Positions 11,947 to 26,467 of a stretch of 64,000 nt of DNA are shown here, in pieces. Both the position numbers and the translations under genes were made by a program. The first letter of the stretch is position 1. Each line of letters opens with the position of its first letter. Origin of the DNA: Octopus sinensis (Eukaryota); the NCBI RefSeq assembly GCF_006345805.1, contig NC_043008.1, positions 34,906,001 through 34,970,000 of the forward strand, written 5' to 3'. Under the pieces are notes generated by a model. The model ran no database searches. It was not told where the DNA came from and saw only the letters and a program-made list of their open reading frames with translations.

Positions 11947-12775
11947 CGAGGGGAAGTCAAAGATTATCGTTATTATTGCCACACTGCTTTCTGTGCATGC
12001 GTTCTGATAGTTGGTACTATTGTAGTCACATGATCGAAGTTTGAACCTGATCGCGCCATTTTTCCTTCTGGCTTTACAGTTTGAGCATGGTCGCTCCACT
12101 AGCAATGTGCACCAAAGTAGAACAAAGTGTAGTGATCCGATTTCTCTGGAAAAGTGGTGTACGATCAACAGTGCAAGATACAGTTCTTTGCTGTCCAACA
12201 AACTGAAACCAGCAATTCGCACCAAAAGTTGAAGCCTATTGGGAAAGAAAGTTTTGTTGCTGAATGACAATGCACGGCCACACACGACTGCCCAGACCGT
12301 TGAAACCATTAACCAATTGGGTTTCGAGGTGCTAGAACACCATGCCTACAACCCAGATCTCGGCCCTTCCGACTACCATATTTTTGGATCGCTCATGTTC
12401 CCTAGTTTAATTCATCTATCATAGCCGAAGTTATACTGAAGCGTTTTAACCAACAAAACATTAATGTAAGTTATAAGTGTTCCATATTTTATTGTCTAGC
12501 AGGGAACACCTAGTGCATTCAGCTTCATTGCCAGCTTTACAAGATTATGGAAGTGACCGACAAATGTATAAACAGAACTGTGGTGCATAAATGGTTGCAC
12601 GATCAACCGAAAACCTTCTTTTTGGAGGGAATACGTAAGCTTGTGGACCTCTGAACCAAGTGCACCAAAAAGGAAGAAGGAGGCTATGTAGAAAAATGAC
12701 GTACTTGATTATCTCTTGCTTTTGTGTAAATACATTGGGAAAACAAGAGTGCCTATAATATTTGACTCTCCCACG
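11947..12775 (+). mobile_element. Internally deleted mariner (DD34D) transposon with transposase pseudogene
   Basis: TA-flanked TIRs cgaggggaagtcaaagattat / ataatatttgactctcccacg; N-terminus MVAPLAMCTKVEQSVVIRFLW; TINSARY, LLLNDNARPHT, AYNPDLGPSDYHIFGSL (YSPDLAPSDY motif); C-terminus VHKWLHDQPKTFFLEGIRKLV. Confidence 0.92.
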
Positions 12776-14579
12776 TATATATAAGAGAAAAAAATGAATG
12801 CATAGCCGGGATTTGTATACAAGCGTGTTCAACCAAAAAGATGAATTGGTAATGTTCTTTTTCTCACATAAATTCGCTGATACACTCCCGCTAACTGGAC
12901 TAACTGGCTGCAGATCAAGGGCAACATTACGGTTAACTTTTATATTGGAGTTTCCGAAATTGAAATTGCCATATCCCTCTCAAACTGAGATGGATATGGC
13001 AATATGCAATGTATGAGGTTATATATATACACATATATTTGTTCATATATTACAATAGGATACCAAGAGTGATATGGAAAACTTAAACACTTCTACAATA
13101 CATCTCATTTTAATATTTGAAGCACACATTTTGGATGGATCTTTGTAAACGTAAAGATCGATATTTAGTTAGGTATATTTGGGCGATATCACACGTTTAT
13201 CTTCAAAACTTTTTTCTTTTAAATTATAGTATAATGCAGAAGGAAAGCAATAGCTAGTCGGCATTTTTGAAAAGACACAGGTAATGTTAGTTGTATTGCA
13301 TTTTCCGCTGAGGGGTACAAAACAACTGGTATTCTTTAATAATATAACGCTTCTGTAAAGGCATCTTGAAATCCTATAAGATATTTGATAGTTGTCTTTT
13401 GCCTTTACGCGTCAAAAGGATATTCTTTGAAGTGAAAGATATGCATTCATTTATATCTATATTTGATCTGACCTAAGATATCTCCTCTTTACCTAGAGTG
13501 ACACACGCTGATAAACATGGCTACTGACGCGTTGTGATAGATGAATTACAATAGAAAAGGTCACGATCTGTTCATTTTCGCTTGTCATCATCACTATCAT
13601 TATTATCATCATCATCACCATTATTATTGTTTTTATTATTATCATTATTATTATTATTATTATTATTATGATTGTTCAATAATTCGTCAATACTGATGTG
13701 TGAAATAGGCGATCGGCAGGTTCACTAGTGCATCTCTTGAAGAACATGAGAGGTCGCAGTGGCTTCGATAACAATTTTTACAGCCATCTTAACCAATCTT
13801 GAAAGTTGTTTCTGTGCCTCTCTCTTTGCATACTTTTTATCAAAACAACTTCAAAAATCATCTGCTGTTGTATTTACAACGTTTATCTGCACTTAGATGT
13901 AGGATTTCACGTGATGGCAAATTCTCACAGTTTTTCTCAGTTTTGCTGTATAAGTGGTGAACTAACTCCCTCTCTATCATCCAAGCTTTGGGTTGGCATA
14001 GCTTTCCAGTTATTCTTTATTGTTTAATAACAAAATAAACCAATAAACGAAGAATGAAATAAAGGAGACGTGGGAGGGGAGAACAGAATACGATAATGCT
14101 TTTAAAAGTACTATCTGCTCTGTGTAGTAAAATTTACCACGGCTATTTTCCATCTGTATTCTGATCAATAAAAATACTGATGCTACTTTACAGATCAATA
14201 AAATACATCAAAATACTTAGGCACTCCGGTCAACATGATCGAACTACATATACAGTTATTGAAACATCTATTATTGATTCTGATCAATGGTATTGATAAT
14301 AATGTTTCAGAGCGAATACAGTGATTCAAATATTGCTTTCGATCTCTAATAGCTAGTGTAGTTTATCGATCCGAGCAGATAATTTAACCATTTAATCCGG
14401 TCGTCAATATCGATCTAGAAACATGACCATTTACAAAATTTGACACACTAATATAATTCAGTCAATAAAATTTATAAAATACACACACTCACACACAAAG
14501 AGACACATAAGCACATACACACGCAGGAGCGCGCGCGCACACACACACACACCACACACACAGACACACATATACAAAC

Positions 14580-14695
14580 CTTTGGGAAAACGAGGGTCTG
14601 TGCAGGGACAGAAAAGACTTCAGTCAGGCCATCAAGTACGACTCCCGCATCATGGCAGATATCACTTAACCGGGGTCCGTGCAAAAAAAAGCTTT
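14580..14695 (-). CDS. Candidate exon (SFFLHGPRLSDICHDAGVVLDGLTEVFSVPAQTLVFPK, phase 1 to 0), product unknown
   Basis: Open frame in a GC-rich island, cagtag (NAGNAG) acceptor, AAG|gtttgt donor; phase-compatible with a weaker candidate at 16120-16187 (-). Confidence 0.22.
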
Positions 14696-14757
14696 CTACT
14701 GAGCATCGCAAATAATTATATCTTCTTGGCTTTACAAACACAGGCAGATATCTTCAT

Positions 14758-14952
14758 TTTTTATCTTTTATCTTTTCCTTCTTTCAGTCATTTGACTGCG
14801 GCCATGCCGGGGTACCGACTCGAAGGGTTTTTAGTCTGGTACTTATCCTATTTGTCTCTTTGGCCGAACTGCTAAGTTATGGGATGTAAACAAGCCAACA
14901 TCAGTTGTCGGTCGGTGGTGGTAGACAAATACAACACAAACATAAACACACA

Positions 14953-14995
<43 letters not shown>

Positions 14996-15146
14996 TTATA
15001 TACGAGTGGCTTCATTCAGTTTCCGTCCTATCAAATTAACTCGTAAGGATTTGGTCGACCTGGAGCTATAGTAGAAGATAGTTGCCTAAGGTGCTGCAAA
15101 ACGGACCTGAACCCTTCTGAACTACACAACTATACCTGCGCCTGTA
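14758..15146 (-). mobile_element. tRNA-derived SINE type A, diverged
   Basis: Reverse complement of the 11420 family (ttcagtcatttgactgcggccatg ... gctatagtagaaga ... acctgcgcct). Confidence 0.75.
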
Positions 15147-15179
15147 AATATGTGTGCCTGTATGTGGATTGTGTACGTG

Positions 15180-15480
15180 TGTGTTTGTGTGTGTGTTTAT
15201 ACACATACATGGCGCTTAGTACTCTCCACTGGTTGGCTACTGGTTCTCACATCTGCTGGTTTCTTCTCTCAGACAGTTTCTACCGCTACTATAATGCGCT
15301 GCTCTTCTACCCAGCAAACAAGACATACACGATCCGAGGCCTCAGCGTAGAAGCCACTGTTTTCTATCAACAAAACCCTGCACTATACGCACATCAACAA
15401 TTCTTTTCTTCTCAGGACTGGATTTTTCGGGACTCCACCCCTCTCACACAGACATAATCATTCCATTCTATTCTCAACTC
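15180..15480 (+). mobile_element. L2/Crack-type LINE 3' fragment
   Basis: Translation ..LSDSFYRYYNA.. resembles the LFYRYY motif also seen at 50990-51370. Confidence 0.4.
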
Positions 15481-15649
15481 GTAGACGTTTAAGGTAAAGA
15501 TTAGCTGTAGCCACTTGAAAAAAAAGTTTCGCTAAAATATAGGCTCAGCTCAAAGACTTCGATACCTTCGCCCACAAAAATACACACAAACACACACAAA
15601 ACATACATACATACATAAATACATACATACATACATATATATATATATA

Positions 15650-15720
<71 letters not shown>

Positions 15721-15736
15721 ATATACATATATATAC

Positions 15737-15785
<49 letters not shown>

Positions 15786-15943
15786 GTATATATATGTATG
15801 TATATGCATATATATATATATACACATACACACATAGATATAGACACACATATACACATCCTTGCAAATATGTATATATATATGTATGAACATAATATAT
15901 ATGTGCATATACACATACATACATACATATATATATATATACA

Positions 15944-15980
<37 letters not shown>

Positions 15981-16438
15981 AAGAGAGCGAAAGAGAGAAG
16001 GAGAGAGACAGATTGTGTGAATATACATGAGAGATTGTAGCAAAGCTCGCAGAAGCTGCTTACTGTTAGTTGAAAACAATGTAAGAATAAGCTGCATCTA
16101 TATAATACAACACCTGTACCTGCCATAACCAACTGGATGCTTATCTCAGTTCCGCACTCGTCTTCCATTGATATTCTTACCAGCAATCTATGGATATTAC
16201 AAAAAAGTATTAGGAACACACGCCCACACACACATGCATACATACATTTATAGATACATACATATATATATATATATATACACACACACAAATAAGCAAC
16301 AAGAATGATTCCGGTAATTTCGCAATCATTTTTGTTGCTTATTTTGGATTATAATCACCCCGCAATTTTTATGGCTAACACCATACAAAATTCTGGTGCA
16401 TCTAAATTAAGTACCATATTCTTTGAATCTAAATGTTG

Positions 16439-16487
<49 letters not shown>

Positions 16488-17060
16488 TATATATATTGAT
16501 AGATGTGTGTATGTATATATATGCTTTTGTATGTGTGTATTTATGTATATGAATATATGCATACATGTATTTACACATATATGTGTAATTGCATTTCATA
16601 CGTACATAAAGACATATACCTTTGTACATGTATTTACAGTACACGTACCTATGTTTGCGCGTGGTTTGTGTTTGTGTATATATGGATGGACATATCCACA
16701 TATTTACACATACAAACACATGATAATGTGTGCACACCCGTACTTCATATTTTTCTTATTTGGGTGATGTGATGTATCTAAATACGCATGCGCTCACCCT
16801 AAGACAGCCAAATGCTCACATAGGCACATAAATAGACAATTAAATAACTCTGCTATAAGAGGATGAATATCCCTCAGTCGCGTATAACTTCTAGGTAATT
16901 CTCAAGTAGAATCAGTGTGACCCAATCAATATGACAAGAGTTATTTTATGCCTTACTAGTACAATATATCCGACGATAGATCTTAGATTAGCACGATGCT
17001 ACGGTAAAAAAAAACATGGGACCGACCTCGCGATTTCATTATTGTGAAGTGAACTTCTTG

Positions 17061-17296
17061 ACCTATTTCTTTACTACCCACAAGGGGCTAAACACAGAGT
17101 GGACAAACAAGGACAGACAAACGGATTAAGTCGATTACATCGACCCCAAAGCGTAACTGGTACTTAATTTATCGACCCTGAAAGGATGAAAGGCAAAGTC
17201 AACCTCGGCGGAATTTGAACTCAGAACGTAACGGCAGACGAAATACCGCTAAGCATTTCGCCCGGCGTGCGAACGATTCTGCCAACTCGCCGCCTT
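17061..17296 (-). mobile_element. tRNA-derived SINE type B, full length
   Basis: Minus strand: aaggcggcgagttggcagaatcgtt head, gagttcaaattcc B-box, ctttgcctttcatcctttcagggtcgataaattaagtacc core, gtgggtagtaaagaaata tail. Confidence 0.9.
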
Positions 17297-17549
17297 AACC
17301 ATGCACAAATGCACTTATGTACATGTAAATGATGCTATTACTTCATCTGCATTTAGCATACGATAATTGTTGGGCAGAGAGTTGCTGAGAGTGGCAGAGA
17401 GGTAGTGAGAGGCTGTGGAAATTATGAAATCATACACTTTCCTAGTTAAAGGGCTTTATCGGAGTGCTCAGTGAAGTGGGATTGAAATCACGTCCCAGAT
17501 TTTACCATTTACATCATATACTGTATGAATACTGTAGACTTTGTACATC

Positions 17550-17722
17550 TAGGCGTAGGAGTGGCTATGTGGTAAGTAGTTTCCTTACTAACCACATGGT
17601 TCCGGGTTCAGTCCCACTTCGTGATACCTTAGGCAAGTGTCTTCTACTATAGCCTCGGGCCAACCAAAGCCTCGTGAGGGGATTTGTTAGACGGAAACTG
17701 AAAGAAACCCGTCGTATATATG

Positions 17723-17780
<58 letters not shown>

Positions 17781-17978
17781 ACGTGTTTGTCCCCCCAACA
17801 TCAGTTGACAACCGATGGTGGTGTGTTTACGTCCCCGTAACTTAGCGGTTCGGCGAAACAGACCGATATAATAAGTACAAGACTTACAAAGAATAAGTCC
17901 TGGGGTCGATTTGCTCAACTAAAGGCGGTGCTCCAGCATGGCCACTGCCAAATGGAAAAAAGTAAAAGAGTAAAAGAG
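17550..17978 (+). mobile_element. tRNA-derived SINE type A, full length
   Basis: ggcgtaggagtggctatgtggt...ggttcagtccc...ccttaggcaagtgtcttctactatagcc...cgtccccgtaacttagcgg...gtaaaagag tail. Confidence 0.9.
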
Positions 17979-18265
17979 TATATATAAGCATTTTGTATGT
18001 TTATTCGTATATATTGGGTGAGGGGTGGGTGAATGAGTGGCAGTGTTCTTTTTTCTTTTAATGTTAGGAAATTTTAAGGGATCATGTCAAAAGAACTCCC
18101 TTTCCTTCTAGACAATATAAAATATGGATCAGAAACCCATCGATAAGACCGATATAAAGGCGCATGCGCACATCCATGTATACGTTTCCATAGTCAAATA
18201 TATTCGCGAACACACACATTTTGAGAGTTACGTGCTGCTTCGACATGGGCAGAATCATAAACTGT

Positions 18266-18313
<48 letters not shown>

Positions 18314-18707
18314 GCGGACGTGTGTGTGTATATGCATAAATGTTAACACACACACACATATATAAATTATATATGTACCTACACACTAAAAAATCACACA
18401 CACATGTATTTCAAGGTTGTACTGGTGTTGCCAGACAATGTTTTGAAATTGAAGCAATTCCACAGTTCCATAATTCCATCGTGGAAGAGTCCATTTTAGC
18501 CACTTGGAACCCCCCCACCACCTCACACGCAATCTGTTATACTAATTTTTTTCCCCTATATTACATAACAGTACACTCTGTTATGAAGTAAACGAAAAGT
18601 GAATACAGCAGCTTTTCTATGATACATTAAATAGTTCAAAATCCCCGTATACAATGCAAATGTTACACACACACACATGTATATATAAAATAAAAATAAA
18701 AGAATAT

Positions 18708-19776
18708 ATATGTATGTATGTATGTATGATTGTATGTATGTATTGATTGCTGAATGTATGTATGGATGTCTGAATGTATGTATGTATGTATGTATGTATG
18801 TATGTATGTATGTATGTATGTATGTATTGTAGTATGATTGTATGTAAGTATGTATGCATGTATGTATGTATGTATGATTGTATGTATGGATGTATGTATG
18901 TATTGTATGTATGTAAGTATGATTGTATGTAAGTATGTATGTATGTATGTATGTATGTATGTATGTATGTATGATTGTATGTATGGATGTATGTATGTAT
19001 GTATGTATGTATGATTGTATGTATGTATGTATTGATTGCTGAATGTATGTATGGATGTCTGAATGTATGTATGTATGTATGTATGTATGTATGTATGTAT
19101 GTATGTATGTATGTATGTATGTATGTATGTATGTATGATTGTATGTAAGTATGTATGTATGTATGTATGTATGTATGTATTATGTATGTATGTATGATTG
19201 TATGTATGTATGTATGTATGTAGTATGATTGTATGTAAGTATGTATGTATGTTGTATGTATATGTATGTATGTATGTATGATGTATGTATGTATGGATGT
19301 ATGTATGTATGTATGTATGTATGATTGTATGTATGTATTGATTGCTGAATGTATGTATGGATGTCTGAATGTATGTATGTAGTATGTATGTATGTATGTA
19401 TGTATGTATGTATGTATGTATGTATGTATGTTGTATGTATGTATTGTATGTATGTATGTATGTATGTATGTATGTATGTATGTATGTATGTATGTATGAT
19501 TGTATGTATGTATGTATGTATGTATGTATGATTGTATGTATGTATTGATTGCTGAATGTATGTATGGATGTCTGAATGTATGTATGTATGTATGTATGTG
19601 TATGTATGTATGTATGTATGTATGTATGTATATATGATTGTATGTATGTATGGATGTCTGAATGTATGTATGTATGTATGTAAGTATGTATGTATGATTG
19701 TATGTATGTATGGATGTCTGAATGTATGTATGTAGGTATGTATGTATGTATGTATGTAGGTATGCATGTATGTATG

Positions 19777-19807
<31 letters not shown>

Positions 19808-19865
19808 GTACGATTGTATGTATGTAAGTATGATTGTATCTATGTATGGCTGCCTGAATGTATGT
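18708..19865. repeat. ~1.15-kb (TATG)n array with recurring variant blocks
   Basis: Direct reading; the block attgattgctgaatgtatgtatggatgtctgaatg recurs. Confidence 0.95.
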
Positions 19866-20353
19866 ATGAAAAACGTAAAAATTCAGTTCTTATGTTAGTC
19901 GAGATCATTTCATTTTTATTTTTCTACCGATATTCTAACTAAATACTTGTTCTTTTTTTTTTTCCTGAAAGTTGAATCAATTGGGATTCAATTTTACAAG
20001 AATTGTTGTCTCTGTTATCGTCGTTGCAGCTGCAACTATCTCGAATATGCAGCACTCTTTTCTTTTTTTTTTCCTTCTTTTATTTTTTTTCACTTGTTAT
20101 TTGTTTTACAGAAGCCGTAGAAGAAAAATAGCAACCTATATAAATGGATATATTATGTATTTTTTTTATTTGAGAATGTGCATCTCAAGTACCTATTGAT
20201 GTTGTTGTTGTTATTGTTTATTATTTTTATTATTATCATTATTATTCTTTTTTTTTTGGTGTTGCTTTCATTCGTTATATATTATTTATCACTTCTCTTT
20301 GTATTGGGATAAGGCACACACACACACGCCAAACATGTACAAACATATTTATG

Positions 20354-20385
<32 letters not shown>

Positions 20386-20429
20386 TAATATATATAATAT
20401 ATATATTATATATATATATAATATATATA

Positions 20430-20480
<51 letters not shown>

Positions 20481-20584
20481 TAACATACATATATATTTTC
20501 ATACGTTCATAAATATATATAATATATATATATGCTTATATACATATATAATATATATATAAATATATGTATATATATGTATAG

Positions 20585-20643
<59 letters not shown>

Positions 20644-20747
20644 TATATGTACATGTATATTCACACAAGCAATATATAATTTTGCATATGCAAATGTACA
20701 CACACACACACACACATATATATACAATATATATATATATATTTATG

Positions 20748-20784
<37 letters not shown>

Positions 20785-21004
20785 ACCTAAATAAATGGGA
20801 GTGAATGAGAGAAATACAGGAAAGCGAGAGAAAAAAATCTTCTTTATTCCCCTAAGTCCTTCCTGTAGTCGCTGCTTTTTAGTTGGTTCCTAAAACTTAC
20901 ACCTAATCTCAAATTATCCTTACTCTTTCTTCACTCTTCCCTAATTATTATTCTCCCTTCCATTCTCATTCTCCTCTCCTTCCTCTTGGCCATATGCCCT
21001 CTAA

Positions 21005-21588
21005 CTCACTCACTCACTCACTCACACTCACTCACTCACTCACTCACTCACTCACTCACTCATTCACTCACTCACTCACTCACTCACTCACTCACTCACT
21101 CACTCACTCACTCACTCACTCACTCACTCACTCCACTCACTCACTCACTCACTCACTTCACTCACTCACTCACTCACTCACTCACTCACTCACTCACTCA
21201 CTCACTCATCATTCACTCACTCACTCACTCACTCACTCATTCACTCACTCACCATTCACTCACTCACTCACTCACTCACTCACTCATTCACTCACTCACT
21301 CACTCACTCACTCACTCACTCACTCACTCGCTCACTCGCTCACTCACTCACTCACTCACACTCACTCACTCACTCACTCACTCACTCACTCACTCATCAT
21401 TCACTCACTCACTCAATCACTCACTCACTCACTCACTCACTCACTCACTCACTCACTCACTCACTCATTCACTCACTCACTCACTCACTCATTCACTCAT
21501 TCATTCATTCACTCACTCACTCACTCACTCACTCATTCACTCATTCACTCACTCACTCACTCACTCACTCACTCACTCATTCACTCAC
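21005..21588. repeat. ~580-bp (TCAC)n microsatellite
   Basis: Direct reading; explains the SLTH ORFs. Confidence 0.95.
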
Positions 21589-21755
21589 TATCTCAGTCTA
21601 TATGTCCCGTACTTATTGTCTTATCCTTTATCAGGTTTTTCACTTGAAACGAAAATTCTTATGTGAATTGTGAATAAATGAAAAATCAATATACTTAACG
21701 AACTAGAATAAATTAAAAAAAAAGATGTTGAGAGCGAAAAGTAATTAACATTTGC

Positions 21756-21808
<53 letters not shown>

Positions 21809-21855
21809 GTGTGTATGTAAGCATTTACATATATATATATATATGTGTGTGTGTG

Positions 21856-21903
<48 letters not shown>

Positions 21904-22036
21904 TATATGTATGCACACACACATCTAAGCATATATATATGTATGTAGATGCATATATATATGTGTGTGTTAGTGTGAGTAGGTTCTGTAGATTACTCTA
22001 TAATTTACATCATAGCACATATCATATGCACACATA

Positions 22037-22075
<39 letters not shown>

Positions 22076-22212
22076 ATATATATATATATTTATATGTATA
22101 TATATATATATATATATACACACACATATATATATACTGACAGACAAACCTATATATAGGCAAATATAAAAATATGAATGTGCATGTGTGTGTGTCTGCG
22201 TTTGTTTGTATG

Positions 22213-22256
<44 letters not shown>

Positions 22257-22542
22257 TATATATATATATATATACATATATATAAAATTACATATACTTA
22301 TATGTACATATACGTATGAATGCGATATATATATACACATACATATATATACGCACACACACACGTATAAATACATATACATAGCATATACGTAGAAATA
22401 TATAGGTAGAAGATAAGACGCTGAATGTGTCTTATATATTGTATTTCTATTTAGCTTTTCCCTGCAGTGATAGCATAGTAACTCTTAGAATATTAATAAC
22501 ACAATAATACTTCTAAAAATGCTGCAATATATTCTCTGTTAG

Positions 22543-22628
22543 CATTTGTGCTACTTGGCAACTATGAATGTAACTGTGTTACTGTTGGCGGTGATATCGT
22601 TGTGATCTCCTGCCGAGAGCCGACAGAG
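22543..22628 (+). CDS. Candidate exon (AFVLLGNYECNCVTVGGDIVVISCREPTE, phase 1 to 0), product unknown
   Basis: attctctgttag acceptor, GAG|gtaata donor, open frame in a GC-richer island. Confidence 0.3.
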
Positions 22629-23142
22629 GTAATATCTTGCCTGTGATTATAGGATATAGCACCTCAGATCTTTCTCTAATTATATGCTATCGTGGATATC
22701 TTAATAAAGATGTTTCAATGTTCATATCTCCGTACACGTATATTTATATCTCCGCATATTTTCTATTTACCTATTCATATACAAATGTATATGTACAGCT
22801 AAATGTACGTGTGTGTGTATCTATGTATGTATATATATATATATCACATACATATTTATATTCATACATATACATATGTGTGTATGTGTATTATGTGTGT
22901 GAATATATATATGTATATATATGTGCATGCAAACTATATACATAAATATATTAATATATATGAGTTCTATATATCAATGCATATTAACGTCTGCTCTCTC
23001 TCTCTCTCTCACCGTTCTTCTCTATCTTTTGTAGATTTCTCGTGTTTTACCTCCTTACCACACACACGCACACACACACACATACACACACGTGCATACT
23101 TTTATACATATGTCGTATCCAGGAATAGTAGTCCATATATAT

Positions 23143-23235
<93 letters not shown>

Positions 23236-23390
23236 TATATAGATAGATAGATATTGATATATATTGCATGTAAATGTACACACAAAGATATTTATATACC
23301 TATGTATGTATGTATGTATGTTTGTATGTGTGTATGTATGTATGTATGTATGTATGTGTGTACATGTATACACACAAATATATATACGTA

Positions 23391-23718
23391 ACAGGTTCTC
23401 CGTCGGTGACTACGAAGACGATTCCAGTTGATCCATTCAATAGAACAGCCTGCTCGTAGAATTAATGTGCAAGTAGCTGAGCACTCCATAGATATGCGTG
23501 CTCTTCACGTAGTTCTCAGTAAGATTATGCTTGACACAGAATGGGAGAAGGCTAGCCCTTATGAAATGCAGCTATTGCTCATCTTTGCCGGCTGAGTGGT
23601 CTGAGCTAACGTGAAATAAAGTGCCTTGTCTAAGGATGCAACGCGCCGCCGGGAATCTAACTCACAACCGAACGATCGTGAAACCGAATACGCAACCCAC
23701 GAAGCTACGCGCTTTCAC
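23391..23718 (-). mobile_element. tRNA-derived SINE type C (CORE-like) with a LINE-like tail
   Basis: Minus strand: tRNA-like head gtgaaagcgcgtagct...gtgagttagattccc, ccttagacaaggcactttatttcacgtt core. Confidence 0.6.
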
Positions 23719-24286
23719 ACGCAAACACACACACACACAACACACAATTGTATATATACACACACTCACACTCGTACATACATAACCCCGAAATCATCAT
23801 GTAATATGCATACATGACACATTTGAACAATACTTTGCGTTTAGAAGTATAAATTCACTATTTTAATAAGAGTGATAAAATATACTTGAAAAATAATAAT
23901 AAAAAAAAAGTAAATTGAAAAAATACTGTAAAACTTTAGAAAAATGAAGCAATAAAATACGCCATATTGTTTTCTAATTATTTTGCTGCCGAAATTAATT
24001 TTCTTTTTTTTTTTAATTGTTTAAATTTTCAGCTGCATCATTTTAAAATGCCTTATACTTTTTGCCTTCTTCTGCAACTAATAACAAGATAGTAATGTTT
24101 GAAAATTTTAATTTTAGCATCGATAATTTTTTTTCATTAGGTTTTGAGAAAAAGCGAAAAATTCTTGTACCAGAAATTGTTTTCAAATAGATATTTCTTA
24201 ATTTATTAGTTTTCTTTTGCTTTAATTAATTAAAAAAAAGAAGCCTACTTCAATATTTTCATAAGAAAAGATACAAGAAATTAGTA

Positions 24287-24426
24287 TCTTCTTCTTCTTC
24301 TTCTTCTTCTTCTTCTTCTTCTTCTTCTTCTTCTTCTTCTTCTTCTTCTTCTTCTTCTTCTTCTTCTTCTTCTTCTTCTTCTTCTTCTTCTTCTTCTTCT
24401 TCTTCTTCTTCTTCTTCTTCTTCTTC
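24287..24426. repeat. (CTT)n microsatellite
   Basis: Direct reading. Confidence 0.95.
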
Positions 24427-24479
24427 GAATACGAACAACGAAGAGTTAAAGTTTGGTTCTTCATAATACTAATAATTTC

Positions 24480-24780
24480 CCCAACGGGTAGGTAGTAACT
24501 CTTGGTGAGTTAAGGAAAGCCTACCTATGCATGTGAAGACTGGATCCAGCGGACTCTGAGGAATAAACCTTCATGAATTAACGAAGAGGAAGGTGGATTC
24601 AGCAGTATATTGTGGAGTATAGAGAGTAAAATAGGACAAGCAAGGCATCTTGGTCATCCAGTGCATCCATCTCCATCTCTAGTCGTCTTGACCTGGTCTT
24701 GCAACTGGATTGAAGATGGTCACGGACGAGAGAATGAGGTTGGCGGTGCGTAGCTCTTCTTCACTTTAAACAAAATCGTC
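24480..24780 (+). mobile_element. Probable interspersed repeat (possibly the 5' region of an RTE-type LINE)
   Basis: GC-richer non-coding island resembling recurrent octopus repeats; recall only. Confidence 0.25.
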
Positions 24781-25955
24781 GCACAGGTCATCAGTTATGT
24801 ATTAATTTACGTAAAAAGCAAAATTATAGAGGTATAAATATATAAGTATATGTTTATTTTTGTTGTTGTTTGGCTTCTTTACATTCAGGTCTGTTCAGAT
24901 CATGTAGCTTTATGATCAAAAATTCATTCTAGCTGTAACCTTGGATTGTTTCAGACAACGTGCCTAGGAATACACCATCGAATATACATTGTCCCTGCTT
25001 TTTATAGACAAAAGAGTGTGAAAGATGAAAGACTTGACTGTTATTTTTTGCAATTAAAACAGCCACGTAGAGGATCTATTGTCGATTCCTCAAATAGTCT
25101 CTACAAATATGAGGTTGCTATAATTGGAACACATCGTACCTCAAATCAGATCTTTTGTTCAAAAGATTTTTTGTTCAAAAGATTTTCTATTTAGAGATGA
25201 TACTCCTTGTTAACTGACTCAGTATAAACATCTACAAGTGAAGGCAATAGACACCATAAGTCTTTTATGAAAAATGAAAATGTCAGTTATCTTTCACCTC
25301 TTTTACTGATAACATCTTCGTGTTGAATCTCGCAGTTTTACGTGCGTATAATAATTTAATATAAACCGGAAACGCATCAGCACGAATCAAAACGTATCAG
25401 TAAATAATTTGTCGGCAGTATTTTATAAATAAGAAAGACCAAATTTGCCTACTTTCAGAGATCTGTGGCTAGCAGGAACTAAAGAGACGCAATGAATTCG
25501 AAAAACCAGTGTCTCAAAGTCTCTTGCAGACACACAATGATTAAAATATTCACATTAAAATCTAGCGGAAAGTGCTGAGAAGGAGTATGCACTTCCTCAT
25601 CATGATAAATTAAATATCAACAACAAATAATTTCTTGCTTATCGTTCGTCACATTAGATCAATAGAATTGGTGTAGCGGATAACGCACCAGGTTTACAGT
25701 TATTTGCTTATATGCCTCACGTTACTGACACTCGATATAAAAGTGCAATAGCGACATGGATGAATACACTATTACTTTTGCCTGCAGATATGTCGGTTAA
25801 TTGTTCACCAGACGGTGTATTGCCTCTATAGCAATCGTATATCATATATTAAACATACAGGGAAGGAAAAGAGGGAAACAAACACCAGTCGTGTGTGCAA
25901 TGAACGTTGAACGCCAGGTCTATGGACAGGTAACAGATGATAACCTATATATATA

Positions 25956-25996
<41 letters not shown>

Positions 25997-26011
25997 ATAT
26001 ATAATTATATA

Positions 26012-26062
<51 letters not shown>

Positions 26063-26394
26063 ACACATATATATATATATATAAAACACATTTACATAAA
26101 CATGCATATATATATGCATGTGTATATTCATATTATATACACGTGCAATATTATATATATATATATATATATAGGTATGTACATAGTGCATTTCAACGCA
26201 TGCTTGTAAAGATATGCTGACTATACACTCATATATGTATATCCAGTTATCAATTTAAACAATTTCATGCATATTATGAATACATGTATGTATGTCTGTA
26301 TGTGTGCATGTGTCCATGTATGTATGTATGTATGTATGTATGTATGTTGTATGTATGTGTATATGTATATATATACATACGTACACACATTCAC

Positions 26395-26467
<73 letters not shown>

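Noticed and set aside
11420-17978. Functional tRNA genes at SINE heads
   Set aside because: A and B boxes are present but there is no complete cloverleaf or acceptor stem, and each continues into a SINE body.
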